In this document: piece after piece, positions 23,771 through 32,911 of the stretch | How the letters are laid out: every line of letters starts with the position of its first letter | Position numbering within the stretch: the stretch's first letter is position 1 | Source: an uncultured Clostridia bacterium | GTDB lineage: Bacteria > Bacillota > Clostridia > Lachnospirales > Lachnospiraceae | Length of the DNA: 56,913 bases | Assembly (NCBI GenBank): GCA_946611595.1 | Contig: CAMODY010000001.1 | Coordinates: 1 to 56,913, forward strand | Reading direction: 5' to 3' | The notes under the pieces: model-generated | Database searches by the model: none | What the model was told of the DNA's origin: nothing | The model's input: the letters and a program-made list of their open reading frames with translations, nothing else | Translations under genes and position numbers: made by a program

Positions 23771-24751
23771 TTATATTTTACTGAAAAGACCGATTATCGT
23801 TCCTGCCCCATAACACACATGCATCGCTGCAAAGATTCCGGGGAGGGCAAGATTGGTTAACTGGAAACCTTCTCTTGCAGAACCGATAATTAAAAATACA
23901 ATACTGAGGAAAATGTATAGTCCCCACATGGCAATGCACAGCCACGGAAAACCCAATCCTGCTATGATCGCTGTAATGACGATCGCTGCTACAAACAGCG
24001 CAGGCACAAAGTGAAAAAGCGAAAAGCAATGCGGATTCACCTTTAAGGTTTTTCCGATCCACAGACCATTTCTGAATTTCTGTTTCAGCATTTTTCTGAA
24101 ATTAGGTCGGATCAGTTCATATGACTTTACGTTCGGGCTATAGCACATTTTATAACCCGCCTGACGGATCCGATAGCTCATATCATTGTCTTCCGTATAT
24201 TTCAGGATTTCGTTATATGGTCCAACCTTTTCATAAACTTCTCTTTTATACATGCCGTGAAACAACGAATCGACATACATCTGCCTCTCGTCTGCTCTAT
24301 AATCTGCTGCCCCGCTTCCAAACTTGGATTGCTCTGCAATTAACAAAGTCTTTTTCCACGGAGTTTCCTCATCAATGATATTCGGTCGGGGGCCGCCACT
24401 TACATATTCACCACTTTCAAGAACCGCTACATTTTGCCGAATAAAATCGGCTGGTATCGATGCATGAGCATCAATACGGCAGATAGCATCTCCCGAATAA
24501 TTTGCAAGCATGACATTGCAGCCCTGAGGAAGAAACTGACCCGGATTATCTAAAACCTGGATCTTGTAATAGTCATCCTTATTATCTTCCTGAAACGCCT
24601 GCATCAGTGCTTTTGTTCCATCTGCTGAGCGGCTGTCGATCAAAAGCACTTCCGTCTTCTCTTTCGGATAGTCCTGCGCCAGGATATCTTCTAGGAGTTT
24701 GGGAAGGTACGCCTCTTCATTATATGCGACTACTGCAATGGATACGATCAC
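23771..24751 (-). CDS. Family-2 glycosyltransferase with C-terminal TM helices
   Basis: 326 aa with a GTG start forming a GTGA overlap with the upstream stop. It has VSIAVVAYNEEAYLPKLLEDI ... LIDSRSADGT ... RIDAH and 3-4 TMs at the C-terminus. Confidence 0.8.
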   Translation of the reverse strand: MIVSIAVVAYNEEAYLPKLLEDILAQDYPKEKTEVLLIDSRSADGTKALMQAFQEDNKDDYYKIQVLDNPGQFLPQGCNVMLANYSGDAICRIDAHASIPADFIRQNVAVLESGEYVSGGPRPNIIDEETPWKKTLLIAEQSKFGSGAADYRADERQMYVDSLFHGMYKREVYEKVGPYNEILKYTEDNDMSYRIRQAGYKMCYSPNVKSYELIRPNFRKMLKQKFRNGLWIGKTLKVNPHCFSLFHFVPALFVAAIVITAIIAGLGFPWLCIAMWGLYIFLSIVFLIIGSAREGFQLTNLALPGIFAAMHVCYGAGTIIGLFSKI

Positions 24752-25479
24752 TTCTGCTTAACCTCAAAATCTTTTTCCGAATACTCTTTTCCTAGTACGG
24801 CCCAGACAGATTTCCACATGATATTGCACTCATAGCCGAAAGTAAATTTCTTAAGGCTCGCCAGATTATATTTCATTTTTTCCGGCAGGATCTTTTCTAC
24901 ATAGACCTTATCGACTTCATCTGATGAAAGTCCTTTTAATATTTTTTCTTCGTCTTTGTAATAAATACTGCACTCACTGGTAGCTCCCGGAGGAAGCAAT
25001 AAAGTCGCCATCATTTCAGGCGTATACTTCTCAACATATTTCGGAACTTCAGGACGTGTTCCTACAAAGGTCATCTTTCCTCTTAAGATATCCAGAACCT
25101 GACAGAACTCATCTGCTCTGATCTTTCTTACGAACTTACCGACTCTGGTAATTCTGGAGTCGTGATCCTGCGTCACACTTGATCCTTTTTTGTCAGCGTC
25201 TGCCACCATACTGCGGAATTTAAAAATACGAAAATGCTCTCCGTAACGGGTCACGCGAACCTGGCGATAAAAAACCGGCCCTTTGGAATCGATAACGATT
25301 GCCAGAGCAAGTCCTGCCATAAACCACCAGATCACAAGAATGATAACGGTGGCAACAAAAATATCCCAGACGCGCTTTAAGAAAAGCTGTCCTCTTCTTT
25401 TATATAAAATATCGTAGTATTCTTTTACTTCCGGAGTTCTCATATTCTCCGGAAGGTCTTCCCATTTTCGTAAAATCAT
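24748..25479 (-). CDS. Small monotopic phosphoglycosyl transferase (PglC/EpsL-like priming enzyme)
   Basis: 243 aa. It has one re-entrant hydrophobic helix, then PVFYRQVRVTRYGEHFRIFKFRSM ... DEFCQVLDILRGKMTFVGTRPEVP. There is an ATGA overlap with the aminotransferase stop. Confidence 0.85.
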   Translation of the reverse strand: MILRKWEDLPENMRTPEVKEYYDILYKRRGQLFLKRVWDIFVATVIILVIWWFMAGLALAIVIDSKGPVFYRQVRVTRYGEHFRIFKFRSMVADADKKGSSVTQDHDSRITRVGKFVRKIRADEFCQVLDILRGKMTFVGTRPEVPKYVEKYTPEMMATLLLPPGATSECSIYYKDEEKILKGLSSDEVDKVYVEKILPEKMKYNLASLKKFTFGYECNIMWKSVWAVLGKEYSEKDFEVKQK

Positions 25480-26720
25480 GAAATGTAATCCCGGGTAATC
25501 TTTATAAATTGTTCGATAATATAATCGGTCTCTTCTTCTGTCAGTCTTGTATGCAGAGGAAGTGTGATTTCGTTTGCGTAGTGTTCATACGCATTCGGAT
25601 AGTCTTTAATATCAAATCCCAGCTTCTGATAAGCACTTAAGAGCGGAAGCGGTTTATAGTGTACGTTACACGCAATTCCGGCCTCAGCCATCTTTGTGAT
25701 GATCTCATTTCTTCTTGCATCTCCGGAGCGTTCTTTCTGAAGATGCTCAAAGGGTATCCGCGTCAGATACAAATGGCCGGAAGATATATGCTCCTCCGTA
25801 TAATGAGGCAGCACTTCTATGCCAAGTGGTTTAAATGCGGCATCATACTTTTGGATCATAGCCTTACGTTTTTCTAATAACTGAGGATAACGCTCAAGCT
25901 GCGCAAGACCAATCGCAGCCATGATGTCTGTCATATTGCACTTATACCATAAGCCTTCTACATCATATTCCCATGCACCAGGTTTATTCTTTGTAAAGGC
26001 ATCCTTACTCTGTCCATGCAAGGAATAAAGTTGGATCTGATGATAGATTTCTTCGTCATCCACATCCTCAAAAGATTTCCAGCTAAGACAGCCGCCCTCT
26101 CCTGTCGTCAGATTCTTTACAGCATGAAAACTAAAAGCCGTAAAATCAGCTATGGTTCCAACATTCTTACCTTTATAGGAGGCGCCGAGCGCATGCGCAC
26201 CATCAGCAAGTACAGCTACTCTTCCCAAAGACTTCTGAAGTCTTCCCGCAAGGCCTTCCTCTTTACATGGAGTAAAGAGATCTTTTTTATCATTCACGAT
26301 CTGAAGGATCCTGTCATAGTTACAAGGAATTCCTGCAAGGTCAACAGGAATGATCGCTTTCGTCTTTTCCGTGATCGCATTCTTAAGCGCATCATAATCC
26401 ATTTCCAGACTGTCCTTTTGACAATCCACCAATTTGATCGTTGCGCCTACATGGTCAATCACAGAAGCGCTCGCGGTATATGTATAGGCACAGGTGATAA
26501 CCTCATCACCTGGTCCAATCCCGAGCAGTCTTAAAGCCATTTCCGCACAGGCAGTTTGGCTGTTTAAACAGACAGCTCTTTTTGTTCCAATAAACGCTGC
26601 AAGATTTTCTTCAAGCTGCTTCACTCTCGGCCCGGTAGTGATCCAGCCGGAGTGAAGCGCTTCTGATACATATTCAATTTCCTTTTCCGAAATATCCGGA
26701 GGAGAAAAAGGGATTTTCAT
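25476..26720 (-). CDS. DegT/DnrJ/EryC1-family PLP-dependent sugar aminotransferase (PglE/EpsN-like)
   Basis: I prefer the ATG at 26720 (MKIPFSPPDISEKEIEYV...); the track start at 26726 is TTG. The PLP-lysine context is FSFHAVKNLTTGEGG. Confidence 0.9.
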   Translation of the reverse strand: MKIPFSPPDISEKEIEYVSEALHSGWITTGPRVKQLEENLAAFIGTKRAVCLNSQTACAEMALRLLGIGPGDEVITCAYTYTASASVIDHVGATIKLVDCQKDSLEMDYDALKNAITEKTKAIIPVDLAGIPCNYDRILQIVNDKKDLFTPCKEEGLAGRLQKSLGRVAVLADGAHALGASYKGKNVGTIADFTAFSFHAVKNLTTGEGGCLSWKSFEDVDDEEIYHQIQLYSLHGQSKDAFTKNKPGAWEYDVEGLWYKCNMTDIMAAIGLAQLERYPQLLEKRKAMIQKYDAAFKPLGIEVLPHYTEEHISSGHLYLTRIPFEHLQKERSGDARRNEIITKMAEAGIACNVHYKPLPLLSAYQKLGFDIKDYPNAYEHYANEITLPLHTRLTEEETDYIIEQFIKITRDYIS

Positions 26721-26722
26721 GA

Positions 26723-27268
26723 TCAATAGTTCTCTGCACTGATCTCAAAATAGCTCTGCGGATGTGCACAAGTCGGACATACATCCGGTGCTTTTTCTCC
26801 TACTACGATATGACCGCAGTTTCTGCACTCCCAGATCTTAACTTCGCTCTTTGCAAATACCTCAGCCATCTCAATATTCTGAAGCAGTTTTCTATAGCGC
26901 TCTTCATGATGTTTTTCAATGGCAGCTACCAGACGGAATTTTTCTGCAAGCTCCGGAAATCCTTCTTTCTCTGCTGTCTCAGCAAAGCCGGCATACATAT
27001 CTGTCCACTCAAAGTTTTCTCCGTCTGCTGCATCATTCAGGTTTTCAACAGTTCCAGGAACAGCACCGCCGTGCAGTTCTTTAAACCACATCTTTGCATG
27101 TTCTTTTTCATTATTTGCTGTTGCTTCAAAGATTGCAGCAATCTGCTCAAATCCATCTTTCTTTGCTTTAGAAGCATAGTAGCTGTATTTATTTCTCGCC
27201 TGACTTTCACCTGAGAAAGCTGCTTCTAAATTCTTTTCTGTCTGAGTTCCTTTGTATTTGTTCTCCAT
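26723..27268 (-). CDS. rbr: Rubrerythrin (classical order: di-iron domain then C-terminal rubredoxin-like CxxC...CxxC)
   Basis: The start is set at the ATG at 27268 ([28 protein letters not shown]) with SD AAGGAGG. It has ExxH motifs and C-terminal CRNCGHIV...CPTCAH. Confidence 0.9.
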   Translation of the reverse strand: MENKYKGTQTEKNLEAAFSGESQARNKYSYYASKAKKDGFEQIAAIFEATANNEKEHAKMWFKELHGGAVPGTVENLNDAADGENFEWTDMYAGFAETAEKEGFPELAEKFRLVAAIEKHHEERYRKLLQNIEMAEVFAKSEVKIWECRNCGHIVVGEKAPDVCPTCAHPQSYFEISAENY

Positions 27269-27288
27269 AATAAAAACCTCCTTAAGTT

Positions 27289-27510
27289 TTACTGAATTCT
27301 GTTTTGCAAATAATGCGGAAGAAATGTGCCGCACGCCGGGCATCTGACTTCTCCTACAAAATCCCTGAAGCCATGACTTCTGACTCGGTTATTCAGCCAG
27401 TGATTACGATGCACCTCGCTGTCCCGATACGTAAAGTCGGCCTTGCAATGAAAACAAACTGTTCTGTATACATTTCCGCCCGGGTTATTTGGTATGTTGA
27501 TAATTTCCAT
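27289..27510 (-). CDS. Small Zn-ribbon-like hypothetical protein (73 aa)
   Basis: The SD GGAGGG is well spaced before the ATG at 27510. It has CFHC (aa 19-22) and CPAC (aa 57-60) pairs. I recognise no family. Confidence 0.55.
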   Translation of the reverse strand: MEIINIPNNPGGNVYRTVCFHCKADFTYRDSEVHRNHWLNNRVRSHGFRDFVGEVRCPACGTFLPHYLQNRIQ

Positions 27511-27541
27511 AATTGCCCTCCATCAAAAGTACAGCTATTTG

Positions 27542-28408
27542 CTATTTTCGGGTCAGGATCACATCAAGATCTACAACCCCTCCGATGCCATTTACATGTC
27601 CTTCTGAAGAATACTGCCATGCTTCGATCTCGTATGGATAATTCAATTCCTTCTCATACTTGGCAAGCCAGATACCGTATCCTTCCAGATCATAGAGGTT
27701 CATCTTGTTGCAAAGCCACATCTGATTTCCGTAGATGCCAGGTGTATAGCCGGCCTTTTTAACATACTCACAAAATGCAATTGCATTTGCAGCATGCTCT
27801 TCGCCTGTCAGCACATCAGTTCTTGCGGTATCGTAATTGATTTCTTCTGTATCATAGTAGATTGGAAGATCCAGTTCATATGGCTTTACCATATCAATTG
27901 CAAACTGAGCCTCTTCCTCCGCTTCTTCAACATTTACTGCTTGAGAGAAGACATAAACGCCAATTTTGATGCCGGCTTTCGATGCCTCCTTCAAATTATA
28001 ATAGGCATACTCATCATTCATGATGATTCCGGATCCATAGGTTCTGTATCCGACTCTGATGATCGCATACTCTACCCCGGCAGCCTTTACTGTCGGCCAG
28101 TCAATAATACCCTGGTTTGAAGATACATCAATTGCGATCCCGGATTCATACCCTTTTCCCGTGTAAGTTATAAACCCGTTTTCAGTCTTAAACAGAGTAT
28201 CATCCAGATCATTCATCTTCGCATCCGGATACCATTCCAACTGGATAAAGTTTCCGTTACCGTCATATGCACCGGCATCTAAAGGGTTTTCAATATTATC
28301 CGTTTTTGTGCTGCGTTTTACTTTTTCCGCACCACATGCGAAAAGAGAAAATACAGCCGCAAGAACAAGTAATGATGCCAATAAAATTCCAAACAGTTTA
28401 CGCTTCAA
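27542..28408 (-). CDS. GH25 muramidase (lysozyme) lipoprotein
   Basis: 288 aa. It has a TTG start preceded by AAGGAG (formed by the last pgm codons), the lipobox LFAC, and GH25 signatures GIDVSSNQGIIDWPTVKAAGVEYAIIRVGYR and DLDV. Confidence 0.85.
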   Translation of the reverse strand: MKRKLFGILLASLLVLAAVFSLFACGAEKVKRSTKTDNIENPLDAGAYDGNGNFIQLEWYPDAKMNDLDDTLFKTENGFITYTGKGYESGIAIDVSSNQGIIDWPTVKAAGVEYAIIRVGYRTYGSGIIMNDEYAYYNLKEASKAGIKIGVYVFSQAVNVEEAEEEAQFAIDMVKPYELDLPIYYDTEEINYDTARTDVLTGEEHAANAIAFCEYVKKAGYTPGIYGNQMWLCNKMNLYDLEGYGIWLAKYEKELNYPYEIEAWQYSSEGHVNGIGGVVDLDVILTRK

Positions 28409-28411
28409 GCT

Positions 28412-30097
28412 TTACTCCTTTTGCATAATGCCCTGTTCAAGAGTTGCTACCATTTCTTTTGCTTTTTCTTCATTTTCAGCTTTTACTCCAACATAGTATT
28501 TGATCTTTGGCTCCGTACCGGAAGGACGAACGCAGACCCAGGCATCCGGGAGATCAAAGTATAAAACATTGGACTTCGGAAGTCCGGTCGTCTCCGGCTT
28601 CTGATAATCAAGTGCACTTAAGATCTCAAAACCACCAAGTTCCTTCGGCGGGTCGTTTCGCATATCTTCCATCGTTTTAGCGATGGCAGCCATACCATCA
28701 ATTCCTTTTTTCGTAATAGAGATCGTTTTCTCTAAATGGAATCCATATTTTTGATGCATTGCTTCTACTGCATCCCAGAGGGTCTTGCCCTCAGATTTAT
28801 AAAACGTGCACATCTCGCAAAGCTTAAGAGCAGCAACGCAGGCATCCTTATCTCTTGCATAAGTACCAACTAAATAACCATAGCTTTCTTCATATCCAAA
28901 GAGGTATGTTCCTTTTCCGCTCTCTTCACTCTTTAAGATCTCAGCGCCGATATTCTTAAATCCTGTAAGAACTTTCTTTACTTCAACTCCATAGCTTTCA
29001 GCGATGGTATCGAACAAGCGGCTTGAAACAATAGAGCGAACTACGAAGCCATCATCAGGGAGCGTTCCGTTTGCTTTTCTTCTGCTTAATTCATATTCAC
29101 AGATCAGGCAGCCGATCACATTTCCGTTCAGTTCATGATAGATGCCATCTTTATCCCGTACATGCATTCCGATACGGTCTGCATCCGGATCTGTTGCGAT
29201 AATGATATCCGCATTTTTCTCCTGTCCCAGTTTGTCAGCCAATGCAAATGCTGCAGGCATTTCAGGATTCGGGAACTCTACCGTCGGGAAGTTACCATCC
29301 GGCTTTTCCTGCTCCGGAACAACCGTAAAATCTGTAAAGCCGAATCTTTCAAGAAGTTTCGGAACGATCATGATACCTGCTCCATGAAGCGGGGTATAAA
29401 CGACCGTAACATCTTTTGCCATTTCTTTGATAACGGCCGGTTCTTTCACCTGCTTAGAGACTTCTGCCATATAGGCCTCATCCACATCTTCTCCAATACT
29501 GATGTAAAGGCCTTTTTGAATTGCCTCTTCTTTATCCATCATCTTCGGGGAGGAGAAGTTTGTAACTTTATTAACGCATTCCATGATGCCTGTATCATGC
29601 GGCGGTGTTACCTGTGCGCCATCTGCCCAATATGCTTTGTATCCATTATACTCTGCAGGGTTATGGCTTGCGGTGATATTAACTCCGGCAATACAATTCA
29701 AGTGGCGAACTGCAAATGAAAGTTCCGGTGTCGGACGGAGTGATTCAAAAACGTATGCTTTGATCCCGTTTGCATTCAAAACAGATGCTGTAATTTCTAC
29801 AAACTCCGGAGACATCCTGCGGGAATCACATGCGATCGCAACTGCCGGATCGCTGCATCCTGACTGATTGATATAATCAGACAGACCCTGTGTTGCTTTA
29901 GCAACCGTGTATTTATTCATACGGTTAGTTCCGGCACCAATTACACCACGAAGACCAGCAGTTCCAAACTCCAGTTCCTGGAAGAAACGGTCTTTAATCT
30001 CCGCATCATTATCAGCGATCGCTCTGAGTTCTTCCTTTGTCTCCTCATCAATTGCCGGATCATTCAGCCAACTTTCATATACTTCCTTATACTCCAT
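28412..30097 (-). CDS. Phosphoglucomutase / phosphomannomutase (alpha-D-phosphohexomutase family)
   Basis: 561 aa. It has the active-site loop TASHNPAEYNGYK, the metal loop ATDPDADR and the sugar-binding GYEESYG. Confidence 0.9.
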   Translation of the reverse strand: MEYKEVYESWLNDPAIDEETKEELRAIADNDAEIKDRFFQELEFGTAGLRGVIGAGTNRMNKYTVAKATQGLSDYINQSGCSDPAVAIACDSRRMSPEFVEITASVLNANGIKAYVFESLRPTPELSFAVRHLNCIAGVNITASHNPAEYNGYKAYWADGAQVTPPHDTGIMECVNKVTNFSSPKMMDKEEAIQKGLYISIGEDVDEAYMAEVSKQVKEPAVIKEMAKDVTVVYTPLHGAGIMIVPKLLERFGFTDFTVVPEQEKPDGNFPTVEFPNPEMPAAFALADKLGQEKNADIIIATDPDADRIGMHVRDKDGIYHELNGNVIGCLICEYELSRRKANGTLPDDGFVVRSIVSSRLFDTIAESYGVEVKKVLTGFKNIGAEILKSEESGKGTYLFGYEESYGYLVGTYARDKDACVAALKLCEMCTFYKSEGKTLWDAVEAMHQKYGFHLEKTISITKKGIDGMAAIAKTMEDMRNDPPKELGGFEILSALDYQKPETTGLPKSNVLYFDLPDAWVCVRPSGTEPKIKYYVGVKAENEEKAKEMVATLEQGIMQKE

Positions 30098-30099
30098 AG

Positions 30100-31338
30100 T
30101 TACCCCCTTTGCTTAGCAATAAGCCCAAGTAATACTTCTCTATGATTTAGATCAGGATTATCTATCACCTGATTTAAAAGCATATTTAATGTTTCGCCCA
30201 CCAGTTCTCCTTTTGGAATTCCGGCTTCGATCAGATCAGTTCCACTGACTGCGAGATGCGAAATTTCATATGGTTCTTCCGCATCCATGATCTGCTTCAA
30301 AATCGTCCTGATCTCATCTGCCGGGATATTAAGGATCAATTCCCGATAGCGAAGAACAAGGGCAAACAGTTCTTCTCCCTGCTTATGAAGCGCCTTTTTT
30401 ACTGCGCTCTTTTCAGCTTCTACATTTTTATCTTTAAACTGTATGATTCCTGATACCAACTTAATCGTACGGTTATCATATTTCATCAGCTTGAGTGCAC
30501 GCTTCGTCTCCTCTGCTGTCAGATTATGGAAAAATGCGGCTAAACGCAATACTTTTTTCTCTTCATCTGTGCCGGAGATTTTGTGATAACAATCTGCGAT
30601 CTCATCATCAAAGCATTTTTTTACCAGCGCTTCATCAGGTACGATAAACCTTCCCATTCCAAGCGAAGCATACTGGCCGGCTTTTTCCGGATGATCGCTG
30701 AGCAGTGTTTTTTCAAACTCAACCCTAATACGCTCCATGCTGACATTCGAAAGATTTTGTACATGCCGGCCAATCGCAGCCAATGTCACAGTTTCGATTT
30801 TAAACGAAAGCTGAGCGGAAAAACGGACTGCTCTCATGATCCTTAGCGCATCTTCTGAAAATCTGGCGTTCGGATCTCCTACACAGCGAATCAGCCTGTT
30901 ATCTAAATCTTCCAATCCGTCAAACATATCCACAACACCTTTTTCCGGAGAATATGCAAAGGCGTTGATTGTAAAATCCCTGCGCTTTAAATCTTCTGCA
31001 AGCGACCTGGTAAAAGTAACATTCTCCGGATGGCGTCCATCTTTATAATCTCCGTCGATCCTGTAAGTTGTCACTTCATAACCGATGCCATATTTGATCA
31101 CCATTACCGTACCATGCTGAATGCCTGTATCCACGGTATTAGAAAACAGGCTCTTCACTTGTTCAGGAAGAGCCGATGTCGTTATATCCCAGTCTTTCGG
31201 TTCCAGCCCTAAAATGGCATCCCGTACACAGCCGCCTACGATATATGCCTCGTACCCGGCATCGTGAAGCGTCTTCAGGATTTCCCTGACAGCGCCCGGA
31301 ACCATAATTGTAAGTTTATCAATATCAAACATATGCAT
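30100..31338 (-). CDS. cca: CCA-adding tRNA nucleotidyltransferase
   Basis: 412 aa with the GGCVRDAILG ... DWDI head-domain motif and RRDFTINA. The start could also be the second ATG at 31332. Confidence 0.85.
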   Translation of the reverse strand: MHMFDIDKLTIMVPGAVREILKTLHDAGYEAYIVGGCVRDAILGLEPKDWDITTSALPEQVKSLFSNTVDTGIQHGTVMVIKYGIGYEVTTYRIDGDYKDGRHPENVTFTRSLAEDLKRRDFTINAFAYSPEKGVVDMFDGLEDLDNRLIRCVGDPNARFSEDALRIMRAVRFSAQLSFKIETVTLAAIGRHVQNLSNVSMERIRVEFEKTLLSDHPEKAGQYASLGMGRFIVPDEALVKKCFDDEIADCYHKISGTDEEKKVLRLAAFFHNLTAEETKRALKLMKYDNRTIKLVSGIIQFKDKNVEAEKSAVKKALHKQGEELFALVLRYRELILNIPADEIRTILKQIMDAEEPYEISHLAVSGTDLIEAGIPKGELVGETLNMLLNQVIDNPDLNHREVLLGLIAKQRG

Positions 31339-31347
31339 ATATTTAAT

Positions 31348-31450
31348 GGCTCAGTGTTTCACCACTGAGCCGAGCGGAATTTGCTACGCGAAGCGTTTCC
31401 ACTGCAAATTCCTGCTCAGTATCTCATGCTAAATTTACTTTGCAAATTTA
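31348..31450 (-). other. Three consecutive stem-loops in the proS-cca intercistronic region
   Basis: The pairs are ggctcagtg/cactgagcc (31348-31356 / 31363-31371), ggaatttgc/gcaaattcc (31376-31384 / 31404-31412, with an inner acgc-gaa-gcgt) and taaattt/aaattta (31430-31436 / 31444-31450, overlapping the proS stop). None has a clear U-tract on the minus strand. Confidence 0.4.
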
Positions 31451-32887
31451 GTATGCTTTACCCCAGTAAACCATAGTTTTAGCAGGCTTTCCGCAGCATA
31501 CGCAAACGTCCGATAAAGTCTCCTGCTCAAACGGCATGCAGCGGGAAGTAGCTGTGGTATCTTCTTTGATCTTAAGCTCGCAAGCCTGATCGCCGCACCA
31601 CATTGCTTTTACAAAGCCCGGTTTATTTTCAATGATATCTTTAAACTCATCATAAGTTTTGGCTACGAAGGTATGAGAATCGCGGTGTTCTCTTGCGCGC
31701 TCAAGCATATCATGCTGCATGATCTCTAAGATCTGTCCGATGCGGTCCGGAATATTTTCAATAGAAACGAAATACTTTTCACGTGTATCTCTTCTTACAA
31801 TGACAGCCTGTCCGGCTTCAATATCCTTCGGTCCGATCTCAACACGAAGAGGGATTCCTCTGATCTCCTGCTCACTGAATTTCCATCCAGGGCTCTTGTC
31901 AGTCTCATCAATTCCGACTCTGATGCCTGCTGCCTTGATCGCCCTATAAATCTCATCCGCTTTTTCAAGAACGCCTTCTTTATGCTGCGCTACAGGGATC
32001 ACCATAACCTGAGTCGGTGCAATACGCGGAGGAAGTACCAGTCCGGAATCATCACCATGAACCATGATCAGCGCACCAATCGTACGGGTGGACAGTCCCC
32101 AGGAAGTCTGATGTACAAACTGCAGCTGGTTGTTCTTATCGGTATATGTCATATCAAAAGCTCTTGCAAAGCCGTCACCGAAGTTGTGGCTGGTGCCGCT
32201 CTGCAGTGCTTTTCCATCATGCATTAATGCTTCGATCGTATATGTAGCTTCTGCGCCTGCGAATTTTTCTTTATCTGTTTTCTGGCCCTTGATCATCGGG
32301 ATTGCCAGATAATGCTCACAAAAATCTGCATAAACATTCAGCATCTGGATCGTACGTTCCTGCGCTTCCTCAGCAGTTGCATGAACCGTATGGCCTTCCT
32401 GCCATAAGAATTCGGAAGAGCGAAGGAACGGACGTGTCGTCTTTTCCCATCTGACAACAGAGCACCACTGATTGTACAGTTTCGGAAGGTCTCTGTAAGA
32501 CTGTACGATATTCGAATACAGTTCGCAGAATAAGGTCTCAGAGGTCGGTCTTACAACAAGTCTTTCTTCCAGTGTATCTGCACCACCCTGAGTAACCCAT
32601 GCGCATTCCGGTGCGAAACCTTCTACATGATCTTTTTCTTTATTTAACAGACTTTCAGGGATAAAGAGCGGCATGTAAACATTCTCAACGCCGGTCTTTT
32701 TAAACATCGCATCCAGGTTTTTCTGAATGTTTTCCCAGATCGCATATCCGTTAGGCAGGATCATCATGCATCCTTTTACCGTGGAGTAGCGCATCAGTTC
32801 TGCCTGTTTTACTACGTCTGTATACCATTGAGCAAAATCCTCGCTCATTGGGGTAATATCTTCTACAAGCTTTTTATCTTTTGCCAT
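31448..32887 (-). CDS. proS: Proline--tRNA ligase (archaeal/eukaryote-like type lacking the INS editing domain)
   Basis: 479 aa. It starts [26 protein letters not shown]..., has class II motifs and a C-terminal zinc-binding CxxC...CxxC region ending YWGKAY. Confidence 0.95.
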   Translation of the reverse strand: MAKDKKLVEDITPMSEDFAQWYTDVVKQAELMRYSTVKGCMMILPNGYAIWENIQKNLDAMFKKTGVENVYMPLFIPESLLNKEKDHVEGFAPECAWVTQGGADTLEERLVVRPTSETLFCELYSNIVQSYRDLPKLYNQWCSVVRWEKTTRPFLRSSEFLWQEGHTVHATAEEAQERTIQMLNVYADFCEHYLAIPMIKGQKTDKEKFAGAEATYTIEALMHDGKALQSGTSHNFGDGFARAFDMTYTDKNNQLQFVHQTSWGLSTRTIGALIMVHGDDSGLVLPPRIAPTQVMVIPVAQHKEGVLEKADEIYRAIKAAGIRVGIDETDKSPGWKFSEQEIRGIPLRVEIGPKDIEAGQAVIVRRDTREKYFVSIENIPDRIGQILEIMQHDMLERAREHRDSHTFVAKTYDEFKDIIENKPGFVKAMWCGDQACELKIKEDTTATSRCMPFEQETLSDVCVCCGKPAKTMVYWGKAY

Positions 32888-32911
32888 TTATTTATCCCTT
32901 CTTTTCTGTTC

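Noticed and set aside
16515-26720. The polysaccharide locus considered as a mobile or horizontally acquired island.
   Set aside because: I saw no integrase, transposase, IS ends, flanking tRNA or direct repeats. The locus is contiguous with housekeeping genes without gaps. Compositional deviation cannot be quantified by eye, so no claim is made.
27542-28408. GH25 muramidase (plus the M23 peptidase at 35526-36905) considered as remnants of a prophage lysis module.
   Set aside because: No holin, capsid, tail, terminase, integrase or repressor genes lie nearby. The GH25 protein has a lipoprotein signal and is translationally linked to pgm. The M23 protein is membrane-anchored like housekeeping LytM factors.
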